The notes under the pieces: generated by a model | What the model saw: only the letters and a program-made list of their open reading frames with translations | What the model was told of the DNA's origin: nothing | Database searches by the model: none | Assembly: GCA_965203295.1 (NCBI GenBank) | Contig: CBDBCZ010000015.1 | Span: 896,001-960,000 of the forward strand | Length of the DNA: 64,000 nucleotides | Origin: Nitrospirales bacterium | GTDB taxonomy: Bacteria; Nitrospirota; Nitrospiria; Nitrospirales; UBA8639 | Direction: 5' to 3' | Made by a program: the position numbers and the translations under genes | Part shown: one piece after another, positions 40,601 through 53,600 of the stretch | How the letters are laid out: each line of letters starts with the position of its first letter | Position numbering within the stretch: position 1 is the first letter of the stretch

Positions 40601-43600
40601 GTCTCTAGCAAAGACTTTAAGCCAAAGTAACTAGCTACCATTGATCTGACCCTTCCCAAATGTTTAGAAAAAGAGCTGGTTATTCAAAGGCTTGTTTTGT
40701 TTGAATTATATTAGTCAGATAAAATACATGCTTAGGAAGTATCAATATTCAAGAAAGGAACTGGTTATTCAAAGGCTTGTTTAGTTTGGTTGATGTTTGT
40801 CTGAAGATTAGGAAAGAAGGATTATATTTAAAATTGTTAGTTTTGTTGGTCTCAGGCAAAGACTTTCAGCCAAAGTAACTGGCTACCATTGATCTGACCA
40901 TTCCCAACTGTTTAGGAAAACAACTGGTTATTCAAAGACTTGTTTAGTTTGAATGATGTTAGTCAGGTACAATACATGCTTAGGAAGTATCGATGTTCAA
41001 GAAAGGAACTGGTTATTGAAAGGCTTGTTTAGTTTGCTTGATGTTAGTCTGCAGATTAGGAAAGAAGTATTTTATAGAAAATCGTTAGTTTTGTTGGTCT
41101 CTAGCAAAGACTTTGAGCCAAAGTAACTAGCTACCATTGATCTGACCCTTCCCAACTGTTTAGGAAAAGAACATGTTATTCAAAGGCCTGATTAGTTTTA
41201 ATGATGTTAGTCGGATACAATACATGTTTAGGAAGTGTCGATGTTCAAGAAAGGAACTGGTTATTCAAAGGCTTGTTTAGTTTGGTTGATGTTAGTCTGA
41301 AGATTAGGAAAGAAGAATTTTATTGAAAATTGTTAGTTTTGTTGGTCTCAGGCAAAGACTTACAGCAAAAGTAACTAGCTACCATTGATCTGACCCTTAC
41401 TAACTGTTTAGAAAAAGAACTGGTTATTCAAAGGCCAGTTTAGTTTCGTTGATGTTAGCCTGAAGATTAGGAAAGAAGGATTTTATTGAAAATTGTTAGT
41501 TTTGTTGGTCTCTTGCAATGACTTAAATTAAGCCATAGTTACTAGCTACCATTGATCTGACCTTTCCGAACTCTTTAGAAAAAGTGCTGGTTATTCAAAG
41601 GCTTTTTTTGTTTGAATGATATTAGTCAGATACAATACATGCTTAGGAAGTATCAATGTTCAAGAAAGGAACTGGTTATTCAAAAGCTTGTTTAGTTTGG
41701 TTGATGTTAGTCTGAAGATTAGGAAAGAAGGATTTTATTGAAAATTGTTAGTTTTGTTGGTCTCATGCAAAGACTTTCAGCCAAAGTTTCCTTCTTCCCA
41801 ACTGTTTAGAAAAAGAACTGGTTATTCAAAGGCTAGTTTAGTTTGAATGATGTTAGTCAAATACAATACATGCCTAGGAAGTATCGATGTTCAAGAAAGG
41901 AACTTGTTATTCAAAGGCTACCATTGATCTGACCCTTCCAACTGTTTAGGAAAAGAACTGGTTATTCAAAGGCTTGTTTAGTTTGAAGGATGTTAGTCAG
42001 ATACAATACACGCTTAGGAAGTATTGATGTTCAAAAAAGGAACTGTTTATTCAAAGGCCTGTTTAGTTTGGTTGATGTTAGTATGAAGATTAGGAAAGAA
42101 GGATTTTATTGAAAATCGTTAGTTTTGTTGGTCTCTAGCAAAGACTTTAAACCAAAGTAACTAGCTACCATTGATCTGACCCTTCCCAACTGTTTAGAAA
42201 AAGAACTGGTTATTCAAAGGCTAGTTTAGTTTGAATGATGTTAGTCAAATACAATACATGCCTAGGAAGTATCGATGTTCAAGAAAGGAACTTGTTATTC
42301 AAAGGCTTGTTCAGTTATGTTGATGTTAGTCTGAAGATTAGGAAAGAAGGATTTATTGAAAATTGTTAGTTTTGTTGGTCTCAGGCAAAGACTTACAGCA
42401 AAGTAACTAGCTACCATTGATCTGACCCTTACTAACTGTTTAGAAAAAGAACTGGTTATTCAAAGGCCAGTTTAGTTTCGTTGATGTTAGCCTGAAGATT
42501 AGGAAAGAAGGATTTTATTGAAAATTGTTTGTTTTTTTGGTCTCTTGCAATGACTTAAATTAAGCCATAGTTACTAGCTACCATTGATCTGACCTTTCCG
42601 AACCCTTTAGAAAAAGTGCTGGTTATTCAAAGGCTTTTTTTGTTTGAATGATATTAGTCAGATACAATACATACTTAGGAAGTATCAATGTTCAAGAAAG
42701 GAACTGGTTATTCAAAAGCTTGTTTAGTTTGGTTGATGTTAGTCTGAAGATTAGGAAAGAAGGATTTTATTGAAAATTGTTAGTTTTGTTGGTCTCATGC
42801 AAAGACTTTCAGCCAAAGTAACTGGCTACCATTGATCTGACCCTTCCCAACTGTTTAGGAAAGGAACTTGTTATTCAAAGGCTTGTTTAGTTTGAATGAT
42901 GATAGTCAGATACAATACACGCTTAGGAAGTATTGATGTTCAAAAAAGGAACTGTTTATTCAAAGGCCTGTTTAGTTTGGTTGATGTTAGTATGAAGATT
43001 AGGAAAGAAGGATTTTATTGAAAATCGTTAGTTTTGTTGGTCTCTAGCAAAGACTTTAAGCCAAAGTAACTAGCTTTTAGGAAAAGAACTGGAAAAGAAC
43101 TGGTTATTCAAAGGCTTGTTTAGTTTGAATGAAGTTAGTCTGAAGATTAGGAAAGAAGGATTTTATTGAAAATTGTTAGTTTTGTTGGTCTCTAGCAAAA
43201 ACTTTAAGCCAAAGTAACTAGCTACTATTTATCTGACCTTTCCCAACTTTTTAGAAAAAGAACTGGTTATTCAAAGGCCTGTTTAGTTTTGTTGATGTTA
43301 GCCTGAAGATTAGGAAAGAAGGATTTTATTGAAAATTGTTAGTTTTGTTGGTCTCTTGCAATGACTTTAATTAAGCCAAAGTTACTAGCTACCATTGATC
43401 TGACCTTTCCGAACTCTTTAGAAAAAGAGCTGGTTATTCAAAGTCTTGTTTTGTTTGAATGATATTATTCAGATACAATACATGCTTAGGAAGTATCAAT
43501 GTTCAAGAAAGGAACTGTTTATTCAAAGGCTTGTTTAGTTTGGTTGATGTTAGTCTGAAGATTTGGAAAGAAGGATTTTATAGAAAATCGTTAGTTTTGT

Positions 43601-44529
43601 TGGTCTCTAGCAAAGACTTTAAGCCAAAGTAACTAGCTACCATTGATCTGACCCTTCCCAACTGTTTAGAAAAAGAACTGGTTATTCAAAGGCTTGTTTA
43701 GTTTGAATGATTTTAGTCAAATACAATACATTCCTAGGAAGTATCGATGTTCAAGAAAGGAACTTGTTATTCAAAGGCTTGTTCAGTTATGTTGATGTTA
43801 GTCTGAAGATTAGGAAAGAAGGATTTATTGAAAATTGTTAGTTTTGTTGGTCTCTGGCAAAGACTTTAAGCCAAAGTAACAAGCTACCATTGATCTTACC
43901 CTTCCCAACTGTTTAGGAAAAGAACTGGTTATGCAAAGGCTTGTTTAGTTTGAATGATGTTAGTCAAATACAATACATGCTAAGGAAGTATCGATGTTCA
44001 AAAAAGGAACTGGTTATTCAAAAGCTTGTTTAGTTTCTTTGATGTTAGTCTGAAGATTAGGAAAGAAGGATTTTATTCAAAAATTGTTAATTTTGTTGGT
44101 CTCTGGCAAAGACTTTAAGCCAAGGTAACTAGCTACCATTTGTCTGACCCTTCCCAACTGTCTTGGAAAGGAACTGGTTTAAGATTCAATCATTTGTTTA
44201 GTTTAAATGATGTTTGTCAGATACAATACATACATGCTTTGAAAGTAAGGGTTTTCACTAATAATGGTACAATTTTAGCTTTATTGGTCTCAGGAAACTT
44301 TCAGTCAAAACAACTAGCTACCCTTGATCTGACCCTTCCTAACTTTCTACGTAAAGAACTGGTTTAAGATTCAATAGCTTGTTTAGTTTGAGTGATGTTA
44401 GTCAGATACAATGCATACTTAGGAAGTAAGGGTTTTGACTGAAAATTATCAGTTTAATTGGTCTCAGGCAAAGACTTTCAGCCAAACTAAGTAGCTACCA
44501 TTGATCTGACCCTTCCCAAGTGTGTAGGA

Positions 44530-47500
44530 AAGAAATTGTTTTAAGATTTTATAGCTTGTTTAGTTTTAATGATGTTGGTCGGATACAATACATGCTTAGG
44601 AAGTATCGATGTTCAAGACCGGAACTGGTTATTCAAAGGCTTGTTTAGTTTGGTTGATGTTAGTCTGAAGATTAGGAAAGAAGGATTTCATTGAAAATTG
44701 TTAGATTTGTTGGTCTCTGGCAAAGACTTTAAGCCAATGTCACTAGCTACCATTGATCTGACTCTTCCCAACTGTTTAAAAAAGAACTGGTTATTCAAAG
44801 GCTTGTTTAGTTTGATTGATGTTAGTCAGATACAATACACGCTTAGGAAGTATCGATGTTCAAGAAAGGAACTTGTTATTCAAGGGCTTGTATAGTTTCG
44901 TTGATGTTAGTCTGAAAATTAGGAAAGAAGGATTTTAATGAAAATTATTAGTTTTGTTGGTCTCTAGCAAAGACTTTAAGCCAAAGTTACTAGCTACCTT
45001 TAATCTGACTCTTCCCAACTGTTTAGAAAAAGAGCTGGTAATTCAAAAGCTTGTTAGTTTGAATGATGTTAGTCTGAAGATTATAAAAGAAGGATTTTAT
45101 TGAAAATTGATAGTTTTATTGGTCTCTAGCAAAGACTTTAAGCCAAAGTAACTAGCTACCATACCATTTATCTGACCCTTCCGAACTGTTTAGAAAATGA
45201 ACTGGTTATTCAAAGGCCTGTTAAGTTTTGTTGACGTTAGCCTGAAGATTAGGAAAGAAGGATTTTATTGAAAATTGTTAGTTTTGTTGGTCTCTAGCAA
45301 AGACTTTAAGCCAAAGTCACTAGCTACCATTGATCTTACACTTCCCAACTGTTTTGGAAAAGAACTGGTTATTCAAAGGCTTATTTAGTTTGAATGATGT
45401 TAGTCATATACAATACATGCTTAGGAAGTATCGATGTTCTAGAAAGGAACTTGTTATTCAAAGGCTTGTTTAGTTTGGTTGATGTTAGTCTGAAGATTAG
45501 GAAAGAAGGATTTTATTGAAAATTGTTAGTTTTGTTCATCTCAGGCAAAGACTTTCAGCCAAAGTAAATGGCTACCATTGATCTGACCCTTCCCAACTGT
45601 TTAGGAAAAGAACCTGTTATTCAAAGGCTTTTTTATTTTGAATGATCTTAGTCAGATACAATACATGCTTAGGAAGTATCGATGTTCAAGAAAGGAACTG
45701 GTTATTCAAAGGCTTGTTTAGTTTGCTTGATGTTAGTCTGCAGATTAGGAAAGAAGTATTTTATAGAAAATCGTTAGTTTTGTTGGTCTCTAGCAAAGAC
45801 TTTAAGCCAAAGTAACTAGCTACCATCGATCTGACCCGTCCCAACAGTGTAGGAAAAGAATCTGTTATTCAAAGGCTTGTTTAGTTTAAATGATGTTAGT
45901 CGGATACAATACATGTTTAGGAAGTATCGATGTTAAAGAAAGGAACTGGTTATTCAAAGGCTTATTTAGTTTAGTTGATGTTAGTCTGAAGATTAGGAAA
46001 GGAGGATTTCATTGAAAATTGTTAGTTTTGTTGGTCTCAGGTAAAGACTTTCAGCCAAAGTATCTAGCTACCATTGATCTGACCCCTCCCAACTGTCTTG
46101 GAAAGGAACTGGTTTGTGATCCAATCATTTGTTTAGTTTAAATGATGTTTGTCAGATACAATACATACATGCTTATTAAGTAAGGGTTTTCACTAATAAT
46201 TGGTACAATTTTAGCTTTATTGGTCTCAGGAAACTTTCAGTCAAAACAACTAGCTACCATTGATCTAACCCTTCCCAACTGTCTAGGAAAGAAATTGTTT
46301 TAAGATTTTATAGCTTGTTTAGTTTGAATGATGTTAGTCGGATACAATACATGCTTAGGAAGTATCGATGTTCAAGACCGGAACTGGTTATTCAAAGGCT
46401 TGTTTAGTTTGGTTGATGTTAGTCTGAAGATTAGGAAAGAAGGATTTCATTGAAAATTGTTAGATTTGTTGGTCTCTGGCAAAGACTTTAAGCCAAAGTC
46501 ACTAGCTACCATTGATCTGACTCTTCCCAACTGTTTTAAAAAGAACTGGTTATTCAAAGGCTTGTTTAGTTTGATTGATGTTAGTCAGATACAATACACG
46601 CTTAGGAAGTATCGATGTTCAAGAAAGGAACTTGTTATTCAAGGGCTTGTATAGTTTCGTTGATGTTAGTCTGAAAATTAGGAAAGAAGGATTTTAATGA
46701 AAATTATTAGTTTTGTTGGTCTCTAGCAAAGACTTTAAGCCAAAGTTACTAGCTACCTTTAATCTGACTCTTCCCAACTGTTTAGAAAAAGAGCTGGTTA
46801 TTCAAAAGCTTGTTAGTTTGAATGATGTTAGTCTGAAGATTATAAAAGAAGGATTTTATTGAAAATTGATAGTTTTATTGGTCTCTAGCAAAGACTTTAA
46901 GCCAAAGTAACTAGCTACCATACCATTTATCTGACCCTTCCGAACTGTTTAGAAAATGAACTGGTTATTCAAAGGCCTGTTTAGTTTTGTTGACGTTAGC
47001 CTGAAGATTAGGAAAGAAGGATTTTATTGAAAATTGTTAGTTTTGTTAGTCTCTAGCAAAGACTTTAAGCCAAAGTCACTAGCTACCATTGATCTTACCC
47101 TTCCCAACTGTTTTGGAAAAGAACTGGTTATTCAAAGGCTTATTTAGTTTGAATGATGTTAGTCATATACAATACATGCTTAGGAAGTATCGATGTTCAA
47201 GAAAGGAACTTGTTATTCAAAGGCTTGTTTAGTTTGGTTGATGTTAGTCTGAAGATTAGGAAAGAAGGATTTTATTGAAAATTGTTAGTTTTGTTCTTCT
47301 CAGGCAAAGACTTTCAGCCAAAGTAAATGGCTACCATTGATCTGACCCTTCCCAACTGTTTAGGAAAAGAACCTGTTATTCAAAGGCTTGTTTATTTTGA
47401 ATGATCTTAGTCAGATACAATACATGCTTAGGAAGTATCGATGTTCAAGAAAGGAACTGGTTATTCAAAGGCTTGTTTAGTTTGCTTGATGTTAGTCTGC

Positions 47501-47600
47501 AGATTAGGAAAGAAGTATTTTATAGAAAATCGTTAGTTTTGTTGGTCTCTAGCAAAGACTTTGAGCCAAAGTAACTAGCTACGTACCATCGATCTGACCC
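44530..47600 (+). repeat. 1759-bp tandem block duplication; related third copy near 38600-39600
   Basis: Near-identical ORFs at 44698/46457. Private insertion CTAGCTACCATACCATTT at 39232, 45152 and 46911. Confidence 0.85.
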
Positions 47601-50600
47601 TTCCCAACTGTTTAGGAAAAGAATCTGTTATTCAAAGGCTTGTTTAGTTTAAATGATGTTAGTCGGATACAATACATGCCTAGGAAGTATCGATGTTCAA
47701 GAAAGGAACTTGTTATTCAAAGGCTTGTTTAGATTGGTTGATGTTAGTCTGAAGATTAGGAAAGAAGGATTTATTTAAAATTGTTAGTTTTGTTGGTCTC
47801 TAGCAAAGACTTTAAGCCAAAGTAACTAGCTACCATTGATCTGACCCTTCCCAACTGTTTAGGAAAAGAACTGGTTATGCAAAGGCTTTTTTAGTTTTAA
47901 TGATGTTAGTCAGATACAATACATGCTTAGGAAGTATCGATGTTCAAGAAAGGAACTGGTTATTCAAAGGCAGGTTTAGTTTGGTTGAGGTTAGTCTGAA
48001 GATTAGGAAAGAAGGATTTCATTGAAAATTGTTAGATTTGTTGGTCTCTGGCAAAGACTCTAAGCCAAAGTCACTAACTACCATTGATCTGACTCTTCCC
48101 AACTGTTTAGAAAAAGAACTGGTTATTCAAAGGCTTGTTTAGTTTGAATGATGTTAGTCAGATACAATACACGCTTAGGAAGTATCGATGTTCAAGAAAG
48201 GAACTTGTTATTCAAGGGCTTTTTTTAGTTTCGTTGATGATAGTCTGAAGATTAGGAAAGAAGGATTTTAATGAAAATTATTAGTTTCGTTGGTCTCTAG
48301 CAAAGACTTTAAGCCAAAGTTACTAGCTACCTTTAATCTGACCCTTCCCAACTGTTTAGAAAAAGAGCTGGTTATTCAAAAGCTTGTTTAGTTTGAATGA
48401 TGTTAGTCTGAAGCTTAAAAAAGAAGGATTTTATATAAAATTGAAAGTTTTGTTGGTCTCTAGCAAAGACTTTAAGCCAAAGTAACTAGCTACCATTGAT
48501 CTGACCCTTCCCGACGGTTTAGGAAAAGAACCTGTTATTCAAAGGCTTGATTAGTTTTAATGATGTTAGTCGGATACAATACATGTTTAGGAAGTGTCGA
48601 TGTTCAAGAAAGGAACTTGTTATTCAAAGGCTTGTTTAGTTTGGTTGATGTTAGTCTGAAGATTAAGAAAGATGAATTTTATTGAAAATTGTTAGTTTTG
48701 TTGGTCTCAGGCAAAGACTTTCAGCAAAAGTAACTAGCTACCAGTGATCTGACCCTTCCGAACTGTTTAGGAAAAGAACTGGTTATTCAAAGGCTTGTTT
48801 AGTTTGAATGATGTTAGTCTGTAGATTAGGAAAGAAGGATTTTATTGAAAATTGTTAGTTTTGTTTGTCTCTAACAAAGACTTTAAGCCAAAGTAACTAG
48901 CTACCATTTATCTGACCCTTCCCAACTATTTAGAAAAAGAACTGGTTATTCAAAGGCCTGTTTAGTTTTGTTGACGTTAGCCTGAAGATTAGGAAAGAAG
49001 GATTTTATTGAAAATTTTTAGTTTCGTTGGTCTCTTGCAATGACTTTAATTAAGCCAAAGTTACTAGCTACCTTTAATCTGATCTTTCCGAACTATTCAG
49101 AAAAAGTGCAGGTTATTCAAAGGCTTGTTTTGTTTGAATGATATTAGTCAGATACAATACATGCTTAAGAAGTATCAATGTTCAAGAAAGGAACTGGTTA
49201 TTCAAAGGCTTGTTTAATTTGGTTGATGTTATTCTGAAGATTAGGAAAGAAGGATTTTATTGAAAATTGTTAGTTTTGTTTGTCTCAGGCTAAGACTTTC
49301 AGCCAAAGTAACTGGCTACCATTTATCTGACACTTCCCAACTATTTAGGAAAAGAACCTGTTATTCAAAGGCTTGTTTAGTTTGCTTGATGTTAGTCTGC
49401 AGATTAGGAAAGAAGTATTTTATAGAAAATCGTTAGTTTTGTTGGTCTCTAGCAAAGACTTTGAGCCAAAGTAACTAGCTACCATTGATCTGACCCTTCT
49501 CAACTGTTTATAAAAAGAACTGTTTATTCAAAGGCTTGTTTAGTTTGAATGATGTTAGTCGGATACAATACATGCTTAGGAAGTATCGATGTTCAAGACC
49601 GGAACTGGTTATTCAAAGGCTTGTTTAGTTTGGTTGATGTTTGTCTGAAGATTAGGAAAGAAGGATTTCATTGAAAATTGTTAGATTTGTTGGTCTCTGG
49701 CAAAGACTCTAAGCCAAAGTCACTAACTACCATTGATCTGACTCTTCCCAACTGTTTAGAAAAAGAACTGGTTATTCAAAGGCTTGTTTAGTTTAAATGA
49801 TGTTAGTCGGATACAATACACGCTTAGGAAGTATCGATGTTCAAGAAAGGAACTTGTTATTCAAGGGCTTGTTTAGTTTCGTTGATGATAGTCTGAAGAT
49901 TAGGAAAGAAGGATTTTAATGAAAATTATTAGTTTTATTGGTCTCTAGTAAAGACTTTAAGCCAAAGTTACTAGCTACCTTTAATCTGACCCTTCCCAAC
50001 TGTTTAGAAAAAGAGCTGGTTATTCAAAAGCTTGTTTTGTTTTAATGATGTTAATCGGAAGCTTAGAAAAGAAGGATTTTATTGAAAATTGATAGTTTTG
50101 TTGGTCTCTAGCAAAGACTTTAAGCCAAAGTAACTAGCTACCATTGATCTGACCCTTCCCAACGGTTTAGGAAAAGAACCTGTTATTCAAAGGCTTGATT
50201 AGTTTTAATGATGTTAGTCGGATACAATACATGTTTAGGAAGTGTCGATGTTCAAGAAAGGAACTGGTTATTCAAAGGCTTGTTTAGTTTGGTTGATGTT
50301 TGTCTGAAGATTAGGAAAGAAGAATTTTATTGAAAATTGTTAGTTTTGTTGGTCTCAGGCAGAGACTTTCAGCAAAAGTAACTAGTTACCATTGATCTGA
50401 CCCTTCCTAACTGTTTAGGAAAAGAACTGGTTATTCAAAGGCTTGTTTAGTTTGAATGATGTTAGTCTGAAGATTAGGAAAGAAGGATTTTATTCAAAAT
50501 TGTTAGTTTTGTTGATCTCAGGCAAAGACTTTCAGCAAAAGTAACTGGCTACCATTTATTTGACCCTTCCCAACTGTTTAGGAAAAGAACTGGTTATTCA

Positions 50601-53600
50601 AAGGCTTGATTAGTTTTATTTATGTTAGTCGGATACAATACAGGTTTAAAAAGTGTCGATGTTCAAGAAAGGAACTGGTTATTCAAAGGCTTGTTTAGTT
50701 TTGTTGATGTTAGTCTGAAGATTAGGAAAGCAGGTTTTTATTGAAAATTGTTAGTTTTGTTGGTCTCAGGCAAAGACTTTCAGCAAAAGTAACTAGCTAC
50801 CATTGAACTGACCCTTCCTAACTGTTTAGGAAAAGAACTGGTTATGCAAAGGCTTGTTTAGTTTGAATGATGTTAGTCAGATACAATACATGCTTAGGAA
50901 GTATCGATGTTCAAGAAAGGAACTGGTTATTCAAAGGCCGGTTTAGTTTGGTTGATGTTAGTCTGAAGATTAGTAAAGAAGAATTTTACTCAAAAATTGT
51001 TATTTTTTTGTCTCTGGCAAAGACTTTAAGCCAAAGTAACTAGCTACCATTGATCTGACCGTTCTCAACTGTTTAGGAAACGAACTGGTTATTGAAAGGC
51101 TAGTTTAGTTTGACTGATGTTAGTCAAATACAATACATCCTTAGGAAGTATCGATGTTCAAGAAAGGAACTGGTTATTCAAAGGCTTGTTTAGTTTGGTA
51201 TATGTTAGTCTGCAGATTAGGAAAGAGGTATTTTATAGAAAATCGTTAGTTTTGTTGGTCTCTAGAAAAGACTTTAAGCCAAAGTAACTAGCTACCATTG
51301 ATCTGACCCTTCCCAACTGTTTAGGAAAAGAGCTGGTTATTCAAAGGCTTGTTTAGTTTAAATGATGTTAGTCGGATTCAATACATGCTTAGGAAGTATC
51401 GATGTTCAAGAAAGGAACTGGTTATTCAAAGGCCGGTTTAGTTTATTGATGTTAGTCTGAAGATTAGGAAAGAAGAATTTTACTCAAAAATTGTTTTTTT
51501 TTTTGTCTCTGGCAAAGACTTTAAGCCAAAGTAACGAGCTACCATTTATCTGACCCTTCCCAACTGGTTAGGAAACGAACTGGTTATTCAAAGGCTAGTT
51601 TAGTTTGAAATGTTAATCAAATACTATACATCCTTAGGAAGTATCGATGTTCAAGAAAGGAACTGGTTATTCAAAGGCTTGTTTAGTTTGGTTGATGTTA
51701 GTCTGCAGATTAGGAAAGAAGGATTTTATTGAAAATTGTTAGTTTTTGTTGGTCACAGGCTAAGACTTTCATCCAAAGTAACTGGCTACCATTGATCTGA
51801 CACTTCCCAACTATTTAGGAAAAGAACCTGTTATTCAAAGGCTTGTTTAGTTTGCTTGATGTTAGTCTGCAGATTAGAAAAGAAGTATTTTATAGAAAAT
51901 CGTTAGTTTTGTTGGTCTCTAGCAAAGACTTTAAGCCAAAGTAACTAGCTACCATTGATCTGACCCTTCCCAACTGTTTAGGAAAAGAACTGGTTATTCA
52001 AAGGCTTGTTTAGTTTGAATGATGTTAGTCTAAAGATTAGGAAAGAAGGATTTTATTGAAAATTGTTAGTTTTGTTGGTCTCTAGCAAAGACTTTAAGCC
52101 AAAGTAACTAGCTACCATTTATCTGACCCTTCCTAACTGTTTAGAAAAAGAACTGGTTATTCAAAGGCCTGTTTAGTTTTGTTGATGTTAGCCTGAAGAT
52201 TAGGAAAGAAGGATTTTATTGAAAATTGTTAGTTTTGTTGGTCTCTAGCAAAGACTTTAAGCCAAAGTTACTAGCTACCATTGATCTGACCCTTCCGAAC
52301 TATTTAGAAAATGAGCTGGTTATTCAAAGGCTTGTTTTGTTTTAATGATATTAGTCAGATACAATACATGCTTAGGAAGTATCAATGTTCAAGAAAGGAG
52401 CTGGTTATTCAAAGCTTGTTTAGTTTGGTTGATGTTAGTCTGAAGATTAGGAAAGAAGGATTTTATTGAAAATTGTTAGTTTTTTTGTCTCTAGCAAAGA
52501 CTTTAAGCCAAAGTAACTTGCTACCATTTATCTGACCCTTCCCAACTGTTTAGAAAAAGAGCTGGTTATTCAAAGGCCTGTTTAGTTTTGTTGATGTTAG
52601 CCTGAAGATTAGGAAAGAAGTATTTTATAGAAAATCGTTAGTTTTGTTAGTCTCTAGCAAAGACTTTGAGCCTAAGTAACTAACTACCATTGATCTGACC
52701 CTTCCCAACTGTTTAGGAAAAGAACTGGTTATTCAAAGGCTTGTTTAGTTTAAATGATGTTAGTCGGATACAATACATGCTTAGGAAGTATCGATGTTCA
52801 TGAAAGGAACTGGTTATTCAAAGGCTTGTTTAGTTTGGTTGATGTTAGTCTACAGATTAGGATAGAAGGATTTTATTGAAAATTGTTAGTTTTGTTGGTC
52901 TCTAGCGGAGACTTTGAGCCAAAGACACTAGCTACCATTGATTAGGAAAGAAGGATTTTATTGAAAATTGTTAGTTTTGTTGGCCTCTAGCAAAGACTTT
53001 AAGCCAAAGTAACTAGCTACCATTGATCTGACCCTTCCCAACTGTTTAGGAAAAGAACTTGTTATTCAAAGGCTTGTTTAGTTTGAATGAAGTTAGTTTG
53101 AAGATTAGGAAAGAAGGATTTTATTAAAAATTGTTAGTTTTGTTGGTCTCTAGCAAAGACTTTAAGCCAAAGTAACAAGCTACATTTATCAGACCCTTCC
53201 GAACTGTTTAGAAAAAGAACTGGTTATTCAAAAGCCTGTTTAGTTTTGTTGATTTTAGCCTTAAGATTAGGAAAGAAGGATTTTATTGAAAATTGATAGT
53301 TTTGTATGTCTCTAGCAAAGACTTTAAGCCAAAGTCACTAGCTACCATTTATCTGACCCTTCCCAACTGTTTAGAAAAAGAGCTGGTTATTCAAAGGCTT
53401 GTTTAGTTTAAATGATGTTAGTCGGATACAATACACGCTTAGAAAGAAGGATTTTATTGAAAATTATTAGTTTTGTGTGTCTCTAGCAAAGACTTTAAGC
53501 CAAAGTAACTAGCTACCATTTATCTGACCCTTCCGAACATTTTAGAAAAAGAACTGGTTATTCAAAGGCCTGTTTAGTTTTTGTTGACGTTAGCCTGAAG

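Noticed and set aside
44698..44895. LRR-like look of the translated satellite (LATIDLT...LFKGLFSL)
   Set aside because: The two motifs are out of frame in most monomers, the LxxLxLxxN register is not met, and Leu/Phe/Lys richness follows from base composition.
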